From an uncultured archaeon (GTDB taxonomy: Archaea; Asgardarchaeota; Lokiarchaeia; Sigyniarchaeales; SOKP01): a DNA stretch of 33,922 nt. The stretch is from contig CAYLZE010000050.1 in the NCBI GenBank assembly GCA_964388035.1, forward strand, positions 1 to 33,922, read 5' to 3'. The notes beneath the pieces are model-generated. The model made no database searches. It was not told the DNA's origin and was given only the letters and a program-made list of their open reading frames with translations. How positions within the stretch are numbered: position 1 is the first letter of the stretch; each line of letters starts with the position of its first letter. Below, piece by piece: positions 9,110 through 18,879 of the stretch. Both the position numbers and the translations under genes were made by a program.

Positions 9110-9829
9110 ATGAAACGTGCTTTAAAAGCCACGGCGCCCAATTTAACTCCAGAACAATTAATAAGAAGAAAGAAGATTTTAAATTCTTCAGATCCAAGTT
9201 TCGAGCAATACGGGCATAAAATGTCAGAATTGGAAAAGTTAGCAAAAAATATATTTAATCAATATCAATCGGACTATGAAACTGCGGTAATCGTATTTGA
9301 AAACCTAATTTCATCCCATATACATGAAGAAAAGTTTCTTGGGATTCTATATTTGAATCAATTTAAAAAGAGCTTCACTCCGGAGACAGTATTCCTATTT
9401 CAGCGAAGTCTCACAGATTATTGCGATTGCTGGGCAATATGTGATTCCACAATTATTAAAGTGGTTGGTCCTTATTTAGGAAAAAAAGGAAACGACACTC
9501 TCGCTTATAAAACGATCGAAGTATGGTCTCATTCAGAAAATTTATGGATTCGGAGGGCATCCATGGTTATTTTGTTGAAATTCGTTCTAATAAAAAAGAC
9601 GGTGGAAAAAGACTTTCTATTTAAATTAGTGCATGAAATGCTACGCCATGATGATGAGTATATCCAGAAAGGAATTGGATGGCTTCTTAAAACATGTTCT
9701 AGACATGAACCTGAGCTCATATTTAATTATTTGAAAGAGAATAAAGATCATCTTCCGCGGCTAATCCTTCGATACGCAAGTGAGAAACTTACAAAAGAGG
9801 AAAGAAAGGTCCTTCTTGAACACGAGTAA
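9110..9829 (+). CDS. DNA alkylation repair protein (AlkD-like HEAT repeat)
   Basis: WAICD, WSHSENLWIRRA, DDEYIQKGIGWLLK motifs. Confidence 0.85.
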   Translation: MKRALKATAPNLTPEQLIRRKKILNSSDPSFEQYGHKMSELEKLAKNIFNQYQSDYETAVIVFENLISSHIHEEKFLGILYLNQFKKSFTPETVFLFQRSLTDYCDCWAICDSTIIKVVGPYLGKKGNDTLAYKTIEVWSHSENLWIRRASMVILLKFVLIKKTVEKDFLFKLVHEMLRHDDEYIQKGIGWLLKTCSRHEPELIFNYLKENKDHLPRLILRYASEKLTKEERKVLLEHE

Positions 9830-9830
9830 A

Positions 9831-10964
9831 TTACATGTTGAATACTTCTTTTACAATATTTTCAACAGGATTAAATATGGAGAGATCTCCATCAAAATTA
9901 AGTAACACGTTTAAATAAATGGTTTCAATTCTATCTGTAAACTCTTTCAAATAGGATATCACGTTTTCAATTTCCTTGTTGCAAATTAAAACTAGTATGA
10001 TTAAGTCACTGGTGTAAATGTAAATTACATTTCCCCCCTTTTTAAAGCTTGATAATCCTTGTTGTTTAGAATTTGTTATTTCCTTTATGAAGAGATCAGC
10101 GGAAGTAATAGCCCCCGAGATTAGATATTGAGAAGATTCTGAAGGAGTTTTGGATTCAATGAAAGATTGATGAAATAACGTAAGTCCTCCCCTATTCATG
10201 AGGAAAATCTCTTCGATATTTTGTTTAAAATCAACTTCTGAGTAGGAAGGAACTTTAAAGAAAAAGAAAAATAATATTACTAAAGAAATAAATTGGAAAA
10301 TAGAACCATATATCTTTACTTCTAATCCATAGGTTGTAATCATCACATCCATGCTCAAAAAGATACCCACTATAAAAAAGATTACAGAAATGATGAACAT
10401 GGACCTGCCTAAAAGAATGATTCTCCTTTTTTTTATCCTTTTCATGACATCAAGGAAATAAAAAATTAATACTGTATAAAAATAAATATTAAATAGGATA
10501 GCAAACACGAGCGCCCAATCTAGATTAAAGAAAAATAAGAATATAAAAACGCCAATCCATATTAGAGAGACAAATGTGAATAAATACTTCTTATATAAGA
10601 CTTTTTTGGCCTTTTCTACTAGAAAAAGAAATGTTATTACCATTACCATCATGAAGAAATTGCCCGAGCTAATGATCAAAGATCTATCACTGCCGGTATT
10701 CCAAATGTAAAAGGGAGTCTGGACATCATCCGTTAAATAGTAATTCCCAATTATTATCAATACCTTCATGACTGAAAAGCCAAGATAAAAAAAAGCAAAT
10801 CCTAAATCGGAATTCTCTTTGATAATTCCTTTTTTTTGCTTGTATTTTAAGAAGAAAATAAAACTGAATTCGAGATAAATTATGAGAGAGATCCACTCAA
10901 AAATAAGCAAGGGAAATCTTAAAGATCCTGAAATTGGAAATTCAGTGAAAACCATTTTTATCAC
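9831..10964 (-). CDS. Multi-pass (~7 TM) membrane protein with C-terminal longin-like domain, type A
   Basis: ~235 aa hydrophobic region, then IEEIFLMNRGGLTLF...LISGAITS...FDGDLSIF; paralog of 12207..13328. Confidence 0.7.
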   Translation of the reverse strand: MIKMVFTEFPISGSLRFPLLIFEWISLIIYLEFSFIFFLKYKQKKGIIKENSDLGFAFFYLGFSVMKVLIIIGNYYLTDDVQTPFYIWNTGSDRSLIISSGNFFMMVMVITFLFLVEKAKKVLYKKYLFTFVSLIWIGVFIFLFFFNLDWALVFAILFNIYFYTVLIFYFLDVMKRIKKRRIILLGRSMFIISVIFFIVGIFLSMDVMITTYGLEVKIYGSIFQFISLVILFFFFFKVPSYSEVDFKQNIEEIFLMNRGGLTLFHQSFIESKTPSESSQYLISGAITSADLFIKEITNSKQQGLSSFKKGGNVIYIYTSDLIILVLICNKEIENVISYLKEFTDRIETIYLNVLLNFDGDLSIFNPVENIVKEVFNM

Positions 10965-12109
10965 CTCAAAATATTGGCTATTAAAACGTCAAAACTTCTA
11001 AATAGTTTATCTTGATCTTCTTTCAAGGAATCCAAACTTACTAATATATCCTTAAAAAAGGTCTCAAATTGAATGCGAATGGTTTTTAATAAGTGATTGA
11101 AACTTTTTAGGTCTTTTTTCACCAATAAAACATAAGTAATAAAGGTGGGGTGGACACCACGCTCCAATAAAATTACAGAATTTTCTTGATTGATCTGATT
11201 AACTTCTTCCTCAGTAGTATCTGTTAGAATGGACATTATTGTTTCAATTCCGGCAATTCCTCCTGAAAACAACACATCTTTGGTATTTTGAATACTTCCT
11301 TTATTTATAAAATAATCGTGATTCTTCAGAGCTGATTCGAAATCGCAAAAATACAAACACGCGTTATTAATTCGATTAACAATAAATAGCTTGATTAGAT
11401 TTTCACGGTAATTAAACTCGTACAATGGGGGGAAATTATACGCAGAAGCAAATAAAATGATGAATCCCGTCGATAAAACTGCAATCCCAATAAAGTAGAA
11501 GAGTTCATTAATACCAGGAGGGAGGATACCTAATCCTACTTGTACTGCGAAGACTAAAGCAATGATGGCGGTGATTTCACCTATTAAAAAACGGCTGAAA
11601 CGCATTTTAATACTTCCCACTGTTTTTTTAATTAAATTGAATTGCAAATAAAAAATATATAAAATACTCATGACCATGAAAGCTAGGGAAACTCTAAAGA
11701 TAATGGAATCATTTGATAAAAAAAAGTTCCCAAGTATGGGAAAAAGATTGAGCACCATTAGTGTTCTACTAATTTTAACGTTAAGAATTTGAGTGAAGTT
11801 TTTGTTGGCAATGAAAATCAAGAATGCAATTGGAGAGGCAATCGCAAATGACCACCCCATTTTAGAGAAAAGCGTTTTAATCAGAGGGTCTGTTTGAAAT
11901 AATCGAGCATTATTGATGAAAAAAGTGCCTACAATTATTAAAAGAGATAACATCCCATACGAAAGCAAAATTCGATTCAAATATAAATTCTTATCCCGCA
12001 ATTTATAATATTGAAGAAAGAAGTAAATGGATAATTGAACTCCAATGCTAATTGGTGCTAAATAAAATAAGAACTGTAATTCTTGCGATATTGTAATGTC
12101 GAGAAGCAT
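10961..12109 (-). CDS. Multi-pass (~7 TM) membrane protein with C-terminal longin-like domain, type B
   Basis: Hydrophobic N-half; LIKLFIVN...LFSGGIAGI...IRIQFETFFKDIL; paralog of 13340..14512. Confidence 0.7.
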   Translation of the reverse strand: MLLDITISQELQFLFYLAPISIGVQLSIYFFLQYYKLRDKNLYLNRILLSYGMLSLLIIVGTFFINNARLFQTDPLIKTLFSKMGWSFAIASPIAFLIFIANKNFTQILNVKISRTLMVLNLFPILGNFFLSNDSIIFRVSLAFMVMSILYIFYLQFNLIKKTVGSIKMRFSRFLIGEITAIIALVFAVQVGLGILPPGINELFYFIGIAVLSTGFIILFASAYNFPPLYEFNYRENLIKLFIVNRINNACLYFCDFESALKNHDYFINKGSIQNTKDVLFSGGIAGIETIMSILTDTTEEEVNQINQENSVILLERGVHPTFITYVLLVKKDLKSFNHLLKTIRIQFETFFKDILVSLDSLKEDQDKLFRSFDVLIANILR

Positions 12110-12206
12110 TATTTCCCTCGAAAACTTTTTTATTGGACCTAATTACTTAATGGTGGGTCAATAATTAAATCTATATAAAAAAATCATTTATCTCAAATTG
12201 GGGCTT

Positions 12207-13328
12207 TTATTTCTTAATTAATTCATTTACCATGTTATCAACGGATAGAAAGATGGTTAAATCCCCATCCCATGCTTTTAGAATTTGACTGTAAAGCAGT
12301 TCAAATTTCTCAACAAAATCTTTTAAAAATAACTTAATCATGTTAAACTCCTCCGTGCAAAATATGACACCAGCTACCCCTTCTCCCGCATATGTAATAA
12401 CTGTTTTTTCTCGTTTTTTAATGACAGAAATACCTTCTGTCTCAGGTCGGATGAGTTCTTTCAACATGATATTAACAGATGTTATCGCTCCAGATACGAG
12501 AAGATCTTCCTGGTGATCTTCATGAGTACCTAAAAAAGATTTATGATATAAGGGTATGCCAGAACTAGCAATTATATAAATCTCTTCAATATTATCCTGC
12601 CAATTAAATTCAGAAAAAGGTGGCAATCCAAAAAAGAATAAAGCAATAAGTCCTAAAGAAATTAATTGAAAAATCGCCCCATATAAACGAATAATGAGAC
12701 CAAAAAGATCAATTAAAAAATCGGTAGTAAATAAGAAACCGATAACCAATAAACCAAATCCTGGAACAACCTTGAGAAAAGCCATGAATAATTTTTCCCT
12801 ATTTTTGACTTTTCTAGCGAAATTAGTAAGATATACTAATAAAAAGATTACAAACCATGGCCAAAACAAGTAAGTGATGAATTGTGTAATTGTAATATCA
12901 ATTAAAAAAAATATAGCAAAAGTAATTGATATTATGAAGAATATAATAGAAAAGAAATGTTTTCTAAATAATAAGATCTGATTTTTTTCAATAAAATAGA
13001 TAAAAAAAAACGCACCAATCATGATAGTAAAATATCCACAATTTAAAAAAATAAATCTCATGCTGCCTCTTGGCCAAAAGAAAAAGGGGCTCACAATTTG
13101 ATCTGAAGAATAATAATCACTTATAATATACCACATGTACATTAAAGAATAACCAAAAAATAAGGAAGAAAATCCCATCTCTTGATAATTTCTAATTTCT
13201 TTTTTTTGGTGTCTATAACGTAACAGGAAAATTAATCCCATTTCAAAAATAATAAAAGAAAAAATCCATTCGATTGTAAGTAGTACTTCCCTTAAGTTTC
13301 CACTGATCGGAAATTCCGCTAATAACAT
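12207..13328 (-). CDS. Multi-pass (~7 TM) membrane protein with C-terminal longin-like domain, type A
   Basis: Shares EFPISG.LR, NIEEI, SGAITS and DGDL.IF with 9831..10964. Confidence 0.7.
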   Translation of the reverse strand: MLLAEFPISGNLREVLLTIEWIFSFIIFEMGLIFLLRYRHQKKEIRNYQEMGFSSLFFGYSLMYMWYIISDYYSSDQIVSPFFFWPRGSMRFIFLNCGYFTIMIGAFFFIYFIEKNQILLFRKHFFSIIFFIISITFAIFFLIDITITQFITYLFWPWFVIFLLVYLTNFARKVKNREKLFMAFLKVVPGFGLLVIGFLFTTDFLIDLFGLIIRLYGAIFQLISLGLIALFFFGLPPFSEFNWQDNIEEIYIIASSGIPLYHKSFLGTHEDHQEDLLVSGAITSVNIMLKELIRPETEGISVIKKREKTVITYAGEGVAGVIFCTEEFNMIKLFLKDFVEKFELLYSQILKAWDGDLTIFLSVDNMVNELIKK

Positions 13329-13339
13329 GTGTTTAACTC

Positions 13340-14512
13340 CTATTGATTTAAAAAATTTTGAATAAAAATATCAAAGCTAACAAATAATTGCTCCTGATCT
13401 TTATCAAATTGAGATAAATTGACTAATATCTCCTTAAAAAAGGATTCAAATTGGAATTTAATGCTCTCCAAAAAGTGCCTAATACTATTCAAATCTTTCT
13501 TGACAATGAGCGCAAAAATCAAGGGGACAGAATAAATTTCAGAATAATCTAAAAGAATGTAATCTTCACCCTGCATGATCTTACTGATTTTTTCCTCCCC
13601 CGTGTGAGTTATGCTAGAAATGATTTCCTGCACTCCTGAAATTCCGCCCGGAAAAATTTGCTTGGAAAATTCTTCTCTCTCCTCTGTTTTCTCTTTTTCA
13701 TTAAAGAATTTTAATTGATGTGCTGAAAAATCGTAACTAAATAATAACTTAGCATTTTTTTGATTAATAATAAATAACTTGCGTAATTGTTCCCTCCATT
13801 CGATTTCATAAATGACCGGGAAATTATATACCGCAAAAAATGTAATTAGAAATCCCCCGAAGAGAGCGAGGTTGGTGATTATAGTAAATAACCCTTCATT
13901 TTGAATAACCAAAAATCCCAACGTAAGCTTGGATCTCATGATTAGCGACAAAACAATGATCATTTGACCGACAATTATTAAAATGGTCTTAAGCTTTATA
14001 GTAGAAACTAAAAATCTCGCCAATTTTATTTGAAAAATTAATATATAACCCCCCACAATAAGGACAATTAGGGAAAAGAAAAGAAATAGTACCATTTGTT
14101 CTGTCGATGGAATAATCACCAGAATAACTACTGAAATAATTGTCATGCTCATGAGGTACTTTATCCAACGTAAATTAATTATATTTGAAAATTCTTGTAA
14201 ATTTATGAAATATAAAAAAATAGCGGGAGATAGGAAGAAAAGTACGTATGCTATTTTTGTCATTATTTCCGAGAATCCAAGACTCGAAATGACATATTTA
14301 TTTAAAGTGGTTATCAATATACCCATTAAAATAAAAAGTAAAAAGGTGCCGTGAGCGACTAGGAATTTATTTAAATGCAGTTTTTCATCCTTAATCTTAT
14401 AATATCGATAAAAATAATAAAAAACTAACTGACTTCCCAATACAATTATCATTAATGAAAAATTGTAATCTACTTCTGCGATAGTATTAAATTGAGCGAA
14501 AATAATTCCCAA
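13340..14512 (-). CDS. Multi-pass (~7 TM) membrane protein with C-terminal longin-like domain, type B
   Basis: Shares YNFP..YE..RE.L.KLFI.N, GGI.G, VKKDL.S, QFE.FFK.ILV.L with 10961..12109; TTG start. Confidence 0.7.
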   Translation of the reverse strand: MGIIFAQFNTIAEVDYNFSLMIIVLGSQLVFYYFYRYYKIKDEKLHLNKFLVAHGTFLLFILMGILITTLNKYVISSLGFSEIMTKIAYVLFFLSPAIFLYFINLQEFSNIINLRWIKYLMSMTIISVVILVIIPSTEQMVLFLFFSLIVLIVGGYILIFQIKLARFLVSTIKLKTILIIVGQMIIVLSLIMRSKLTLGFLVIQNEGLFTIITNLALFGGFLITFFAVYNFPVIYEIEWREQLRKLFIINQKNAKLLFSYDFSAHQLKFFNEKEKTEEREEFSKQIFPGGISGVQEIISSITHTGEEKISKIMQGEDYILLDYSEIYSVPLIFALIVKKDLNSIRHFLESIKFQFESFFKEILVNLSQFDKDQEQLFVSFDIFIQNFLNQ

Positions 14513-15041
14513 CCACCTTTAGGATATAGTGTATAGATAAATACTTCTATATAAATTTTAGTCTTATGTTTTCAACGATCTAAATGATTTTCCCAATTTA
14601 AATGCAAATTTAAATATAAAAGTGGGATATAAAGCCTACATGGACATTATTTCTTACTCATGATTCTTAATCTATAAGGTAATAAGGATAAATCTTACAT
14701 TTTCTCTCTGAAGCCATTTCTTGCTAAGATAATTTCTGATTTCTTTATTAAAACTTAATAACAATCTTATGAAGATACAATATTTGAGAGAAATCATTAA
14801 ATACCAAAACCTCAATTTACCTTGACATGAATTGAATAAAAAGGTCAATAAAGGGTATCCTCCATCTATTTCTCTAAGAATTAATAAAATTTATATGATA
14901 CGCTCAATTATATGATTTACATTTGATGGTAATTTACATCAGATAAAGAAAGAATCATGCCTCATTGGGTAGAGAAGCATGAAAATCTTTCGAAATAGCA
15001 AAGATTTTTCGAAACTGGAGCAATAGGCCAAGGTGGCGTAG

Positions 15042-15070
15042 AAATGAGTTAATCTCTTACTTTTGCGCAA
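15042..15070 (+). other. tRNA-Phe intron 1 (29 nt, D-loop 15/16)
   Basis: Helix GCGU/GCGC, bulges AG|A and AA|C; removal yields a normal D loop. Confidence 0.85.
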
Positions 15071-15115
15071 CCCGGGAACGCACCAGACTGAAGATCTGGG
15101 TATCGAGGGTTCAAA

Positions 15116-15145
15116 TAAAAAGCTCTTCTCGAACTTTTTTGGTAC
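15116..15145 (+). other. tRNA-Phe intron 2 (30 nt, T-loop ~59/60)
   Basis: Helix UUCA/UGGU with one U-U mismatch, bulges AA|U and AC|U, stem AAAAAG/CUUUUU. Length is fixed by the 7-nt T loop; exact register is +/-2 nt. Confidence 0.8.
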
Positions 15146-15402
15146 TCCCTCCCTTGGCACATTTTCTCTCTCTATTTATATTCATTAGTTAATACTAAAA
15201 CTAATTTTAAAGAAAGATTTTCCATCTATGAATAGCATATCTTAAGGTTAATACTTAAATAGATTAGATCTGCAATCATTATACTATAAATGTAATTTTA
15301 TTCCTCTTTTTTTTGATAATGAATCTATTCTAATAATTGAGAGCAAAAAAGCCAAATAAAAAGTCAAATATTGAACCAAGAAAAAGGATACATCAAAACT
15401 TT

Positions 15403-15852
15403 CTAAGATTTACCTCGTCTTTTATCCTTTTTTATAAACTCCTTAAAATATGCATTATTATCATCGATGAATTCCCAAAACTCTTCATAAATCTCCTTCA
15501 ATTTTGTTCCAATTTGTTTGTGAAGATTAGCACCTTTATCTTGTCCCCCCTTAGAACTCAATTTCTCATTTATCTTGAAAGGTCTATTTTCAATTTCAAA
15601 ATCAACTTTTTGATATCCCCGAACCTTGAAATTCTTATCGATAAATGCTTGAAAATGATGCTCACATATCAATCTTTTCGGAATAGAAACCGTGGTTAAT
15701 TGGCTAGAATTATTTACAACTTCAATAGGGATATTAATTTCTTTCTCAGCTTTACAGTTAGGACAAATGAATTTAATGCATCTAAAGTTTTCCTCGGGGA
15801 GATCCTCTTCATATGAATTTTTAAAATAAATTTTCTGCTTTGTTAAAGCCAT
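15403..15852 (-). CDS. Hypothetical zinc-binding protein
   Basis: CPNC...CEHHFQAFIDKNFKVRGYQKVD. Confidence 0.7.
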   Translation of the reverse strand: MALTKQKIYFKNSYEEDLPEENFRCIKFICPNCKAEKEINIPIEVVNNSSQLTTVSIPKRLICEHHFQAFIDKNFKVRGYQKVDFEIENRPFKINEKLSSKGGQDKGANLHKQIGTKLKEIYEEFWEFIDDNNAYFKEFIKKDKRRGKS

Positions 15853-15957
15853 CTTTTTATAAATTACCTCTTTTAATTGAAAAAAAAAACATGATTTAAA
15901 TTAAAGAAGAGATAGCTGGTTTAGTGAAATCAAATGAATTTTTTTCCTATTTCGATT

Positions 15958-16980
15958 TTAAGGAGCAACTTCTGAGATTTTAACGGGTCTTTTTTCTTTA
16001 AAGGATTTTTGAGCCGCAAGGGCAATCAAGACAGCTTTTAAGCCGTCTTCACCGTCCGGTTTCGGCGGCTTTCCTTGTTGAAGACAATCAAAAAAATATC
16101 GTAATTCATTCGCATATGATTGAAGATAGCGATCCAAAAAGAAATAAGGAATTTTATCCGATTGAATGCATTCCGTGGTATACATGCGAACGGTATTGCT
16201 TGCTGCATTATCCGCAATCAAGCATCCTTTGGAACCGAAGACTTCTAAGCGCTGATCATACCCATAGACCGCTTGCCGGGAATTATCAATTAATCCCATC
16301 GCACCGTTTTCAAATTTAAGAACTGCGATTGCTGTATCAATATCACCCGCTTTACCGATTTCTGGGTCAATAAGAGCTGCTCCATTAGCAAAAATCTCCT
16401 CTACTTCGCTTAATGCTTGAAATCGCGCCATATCCCAATCATGAATCGTCATATCCAAGAAAATTCCTCCTGATACTTTTATATATTCAATGGGAGGAGG
16501 TGATGGGTCTCTAGAGGTAATTTTTATAATTTGGGGGATTCCAACATGGCCTGATTTTACAAGTTCATGCAATCTATCGAAATTTGGATCAAATCTTCGA
16601 TTAAATCCAATCATGAGATTCATTCCTGAATCTTGAACAACTTTTAATGTATTTTTGATTCTATCAACATTTACATCAATTGGTTTCTCACAAAATATAT
16701 GTTTGTGATGGGTCACCGCTTCCGTAATGAATTTTACATGAGTATCCGTGGAAGATGCGACTATAACTGCCTTTATTTCAGGATCTTCAAAAATCTCTTC
16801 CGAATCATTTGATAAATCCATCCCTTTCGACACTTGGGCTAACTTTTTTAAATCATCATCAAATTTAATATCCACAACCGTCTTAAGCTGTATATCAGTA
16901 AACTTCTTTAGAAGATTATCCAAGTGAATTTTGCCAATCCGTCCCGTTCCAATTAATCCAACTTTTATTTTTTCGTTCAT
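15958..16980 (-). CDS. iolG: myo-inositol 2-dehydrogenase (Gfo/Idh/MocA family)
   Basis: GTGRIG, CEKP, GFNRRFD, SGGIFLDMTIHD, YGYDQRLEVFGSKG. Confidence 0.92.
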   Translation of the reverse strand: MNEKIKVGLIGTGRIGKIHLDNLLKKFTDIQLKTVVDIKFDDDLKKLAQVSKGMDLSNDSEEIFEDPEIKAVIVASSTDTHVKFITEAVTHHKHIFCEKPIDVNVDRIKNTLKVVQDSGMNLMIGFNRRFDPNFDRLHELVKSGHVGIPQIIKITSRDPSPPPIEYIKVSGGIFLDMTIHDWDMARFQALSEVEEIFANGAALIDPEIGKAGDIDTAIAVLKFENGAMGLIDNSRQAVYGYDQRLEVFGSKGCLIADNAASNTVRMYTTECIQSDKIPYFFLDRYLQSYANELRYFFDCLQQGKPPKPDGEDGLKAVLIALAAQKSFKEKRPVKISEVAP

Positions 16981-17173
16981 GATTTATTTGGAAATATTCT
17001 TTCTTCCCTTTATTTTTAATCAGTGAAAAATTTTTTTATAGCATGGTTCTTGTAGGAAGGTTGTAAACCTTTTCTCATTAGTAGAAAGCTTTTTATAGTT
17101 AATAGATACAAACTTTAAATTAATAATTTTCAAATTAATAATTTCAAAAAACGAAATTGGAAAAAAAAATATT

Positions 17174-18577
17174 ATGAGTGAAAAAGAACCTCTAAAAATC
17201 ACGCGACGAATGCGTTTTGCATTTGCAACGGGTGAAGTGGGAGATAATACGGCTTTAAACATTTTCAACTTCTTGATCTTTACTTTTTATTTCACGGTGG
17301 TAAAATTACCCGTTTTATGGATAACTACAGGCTTTATCATCTGGAGTTTTTGGAACGCGGTCAACGACCCTTTAACGGGATACTTTTCAGACCGGACCAG
17401 AAGTAGATGGGGTCGCAGAGTGCCTTGGATGATGGTTGCCGTAATCCCATTAGGCGTGTTAATGATATTACTTTTTACACCTCCTATTAGTTTTGGAGAT
17501 GCTTCTAATGTGGCCAATTTCATCTATTTCCTACTGATCCTTGTTCTTTTTGATACAATATATACTGCAATCAATTTGAACTATAATGCCCTTTTTTCTG
17601 AAATGTTTGTAGAAATGAAAGATCGAAGCGCCACGGGCAAAGTTCGCATTACTTTTGTGATGTTGGGAACCATTTTTGCATATCTATTTCCAACCTTTAT
17701 TATCCAGGATATAACGAATAAATTAAATGATCCCATAACAATAACCCAATACCAAATAACGGGACTTATTGCGGGAATTGTTGTACTCATGGCTTATTTC
17801 ATAATTTTAAAATGGGGCGTTCGGGAACCAAAAGTGTTTTCAAAAGATGCTGAGACGGCAATGAAATTTATTCCTACATTTAAAAAAGCCTTTCAGAATA
17901 AATCATTTCTCTGGTTTTTATTTCCCGCCTTAGGAACTTGGATGGTAATAGGTATCTTGCCAACATTAGCTCCACTTTTCATGACTTATGGAATTGGAAT
18001 CGAGGATACTGAATTAATTGGTGTCGTTCTTTTAGTCATTTTTCTTGCATCTGCATTTTCCACGCCATTATGGGAAAAAATTCGAGTTAAGTGGGGTGCA
18101 CGAATGTCTGGCTTGATAGGAATCATTGTATGGATGGTTCCTGTGCTATTTTTCGCATTCTCGACGAGTTTTGAAATGGCTATAATTATTGCAATTTTTG
18201 AAGGGATAGGATTAGGAGGAGGACTTTATTTTTACGACCAATGCATCGCAGAAATAATAGATGAGGATGAAATTAAATATGGAACGAGAAGATCCGGCAC
18301 GTATTACGCCGTTATCAATTTTTTGATTCGGCTAAGTTCTGTATTAAACTTTGTAATTATTGGGCTCGTATTTTCTAGCTCAGATTGGCAAACTTATGTT
18401 CCGAATCCCGGAGTTGATACGATTTTTGCCCTTAGAATGTTAATGGGGGTATATCCAATGATTGTCCTGGCAATCTCAGCAATTGGTTTGTATTTCTATC
18501 CAATTCATGGGCAGAGATTAATGGAAAATAGGCAAAATTTGACAGAATTACATCAACAAAAAAGAAGCAAGCTTTAA
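17174..18577 (+). CDS. MFS glycoside-pentoside-hexuronide (MelB-like) transporter
   Basis: ~12 TM; NAVNDPLTGYFSDRTRSRWGRR; DEDEIKYGTRRSG. Confidence 0.88.
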   Translation: MSEKEPLKITRRMRFAFATGEVGDNTALNIFNFLIFTFYFTVVKLPVLWITTGFIIWSFWNAVNDPLTGYFSDRTRSRWGRRVPWMMVAVIPLGVLMILLFTPPISFGDASNVANFIYFLLILVLFDTIYTAINLNYNALFSEMFVEMKDRSATGKVRITFVMLGTIFAYLFPTFIIQDITNKLNDPITITQYQITGLIAGIVVLMAYFIILKWGVREPKVFSKDAETAMKFIPTFKKAFQNKSFLWFLFPALGTWMVIGILPTLAPLFMTYGIGIEDTELIGVVLLVIFLASAFSTPLWEKIRVKWGARMSGLIGIIVWMVPVLFFAFSTSFEMAIIIAIFEGIGLGGGLYFYDQCIAEIIDEDEIKYGTRRSGTYYAVINFLIRLSSVLNFVIIGLVFSSSDWQTYVPNPGVDTIFALRMLMGVYPMIVLAISAIGLYFYPIHGQRLMENRQNLTELHQQKRSKL

Positions 18578-18879
18578 GATTAAATAATTTTTCTTCTTTT
18601 TATTTTTATTTGTCATTAATATCCTTAGTGTTTGAACTTTTGAATGGATTAATTTGAATTTATAAAAAGATTAAGAGCTAAATATAGCATTATTTGAAAG
18701 TGTTGATTACTATTTCCCTTGATTTTTTTTATTAAAAAAATATTCAATTATGATGCTCTCCAACCGAATTACCTTAAATTAACTGTCTTTCTTATTAATA
18801 AAATAAATAAAATAAATACAAATTAATCAAATGGATGATTTTAAATATTTAAAATAATTGATAAAAAAGTCAAAATAAT

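Larger units (their letters stand above)
15027..15159 (+). tRNA. tRNA-Phe(GAA) with two non-canonical introns (15/16 and ~59/60); exons 15027-15041, 15071-15115, 15146-15159
   Basis: Acceptor GCCAAGG/CCTTGGC + A; D arm GCGT AG|CCCGGGA ACGC; anticodon arm CCAGA CT-GAA-GA TCTGG; T arm GAGGG TTCAAA|T CCCTC. Confidence 0.9.

Noticed and set aside
14939-15160. 73-aa minus-strand ORF
   Set aside because: Antisense to the tRNA-Phe gene; no protein features.
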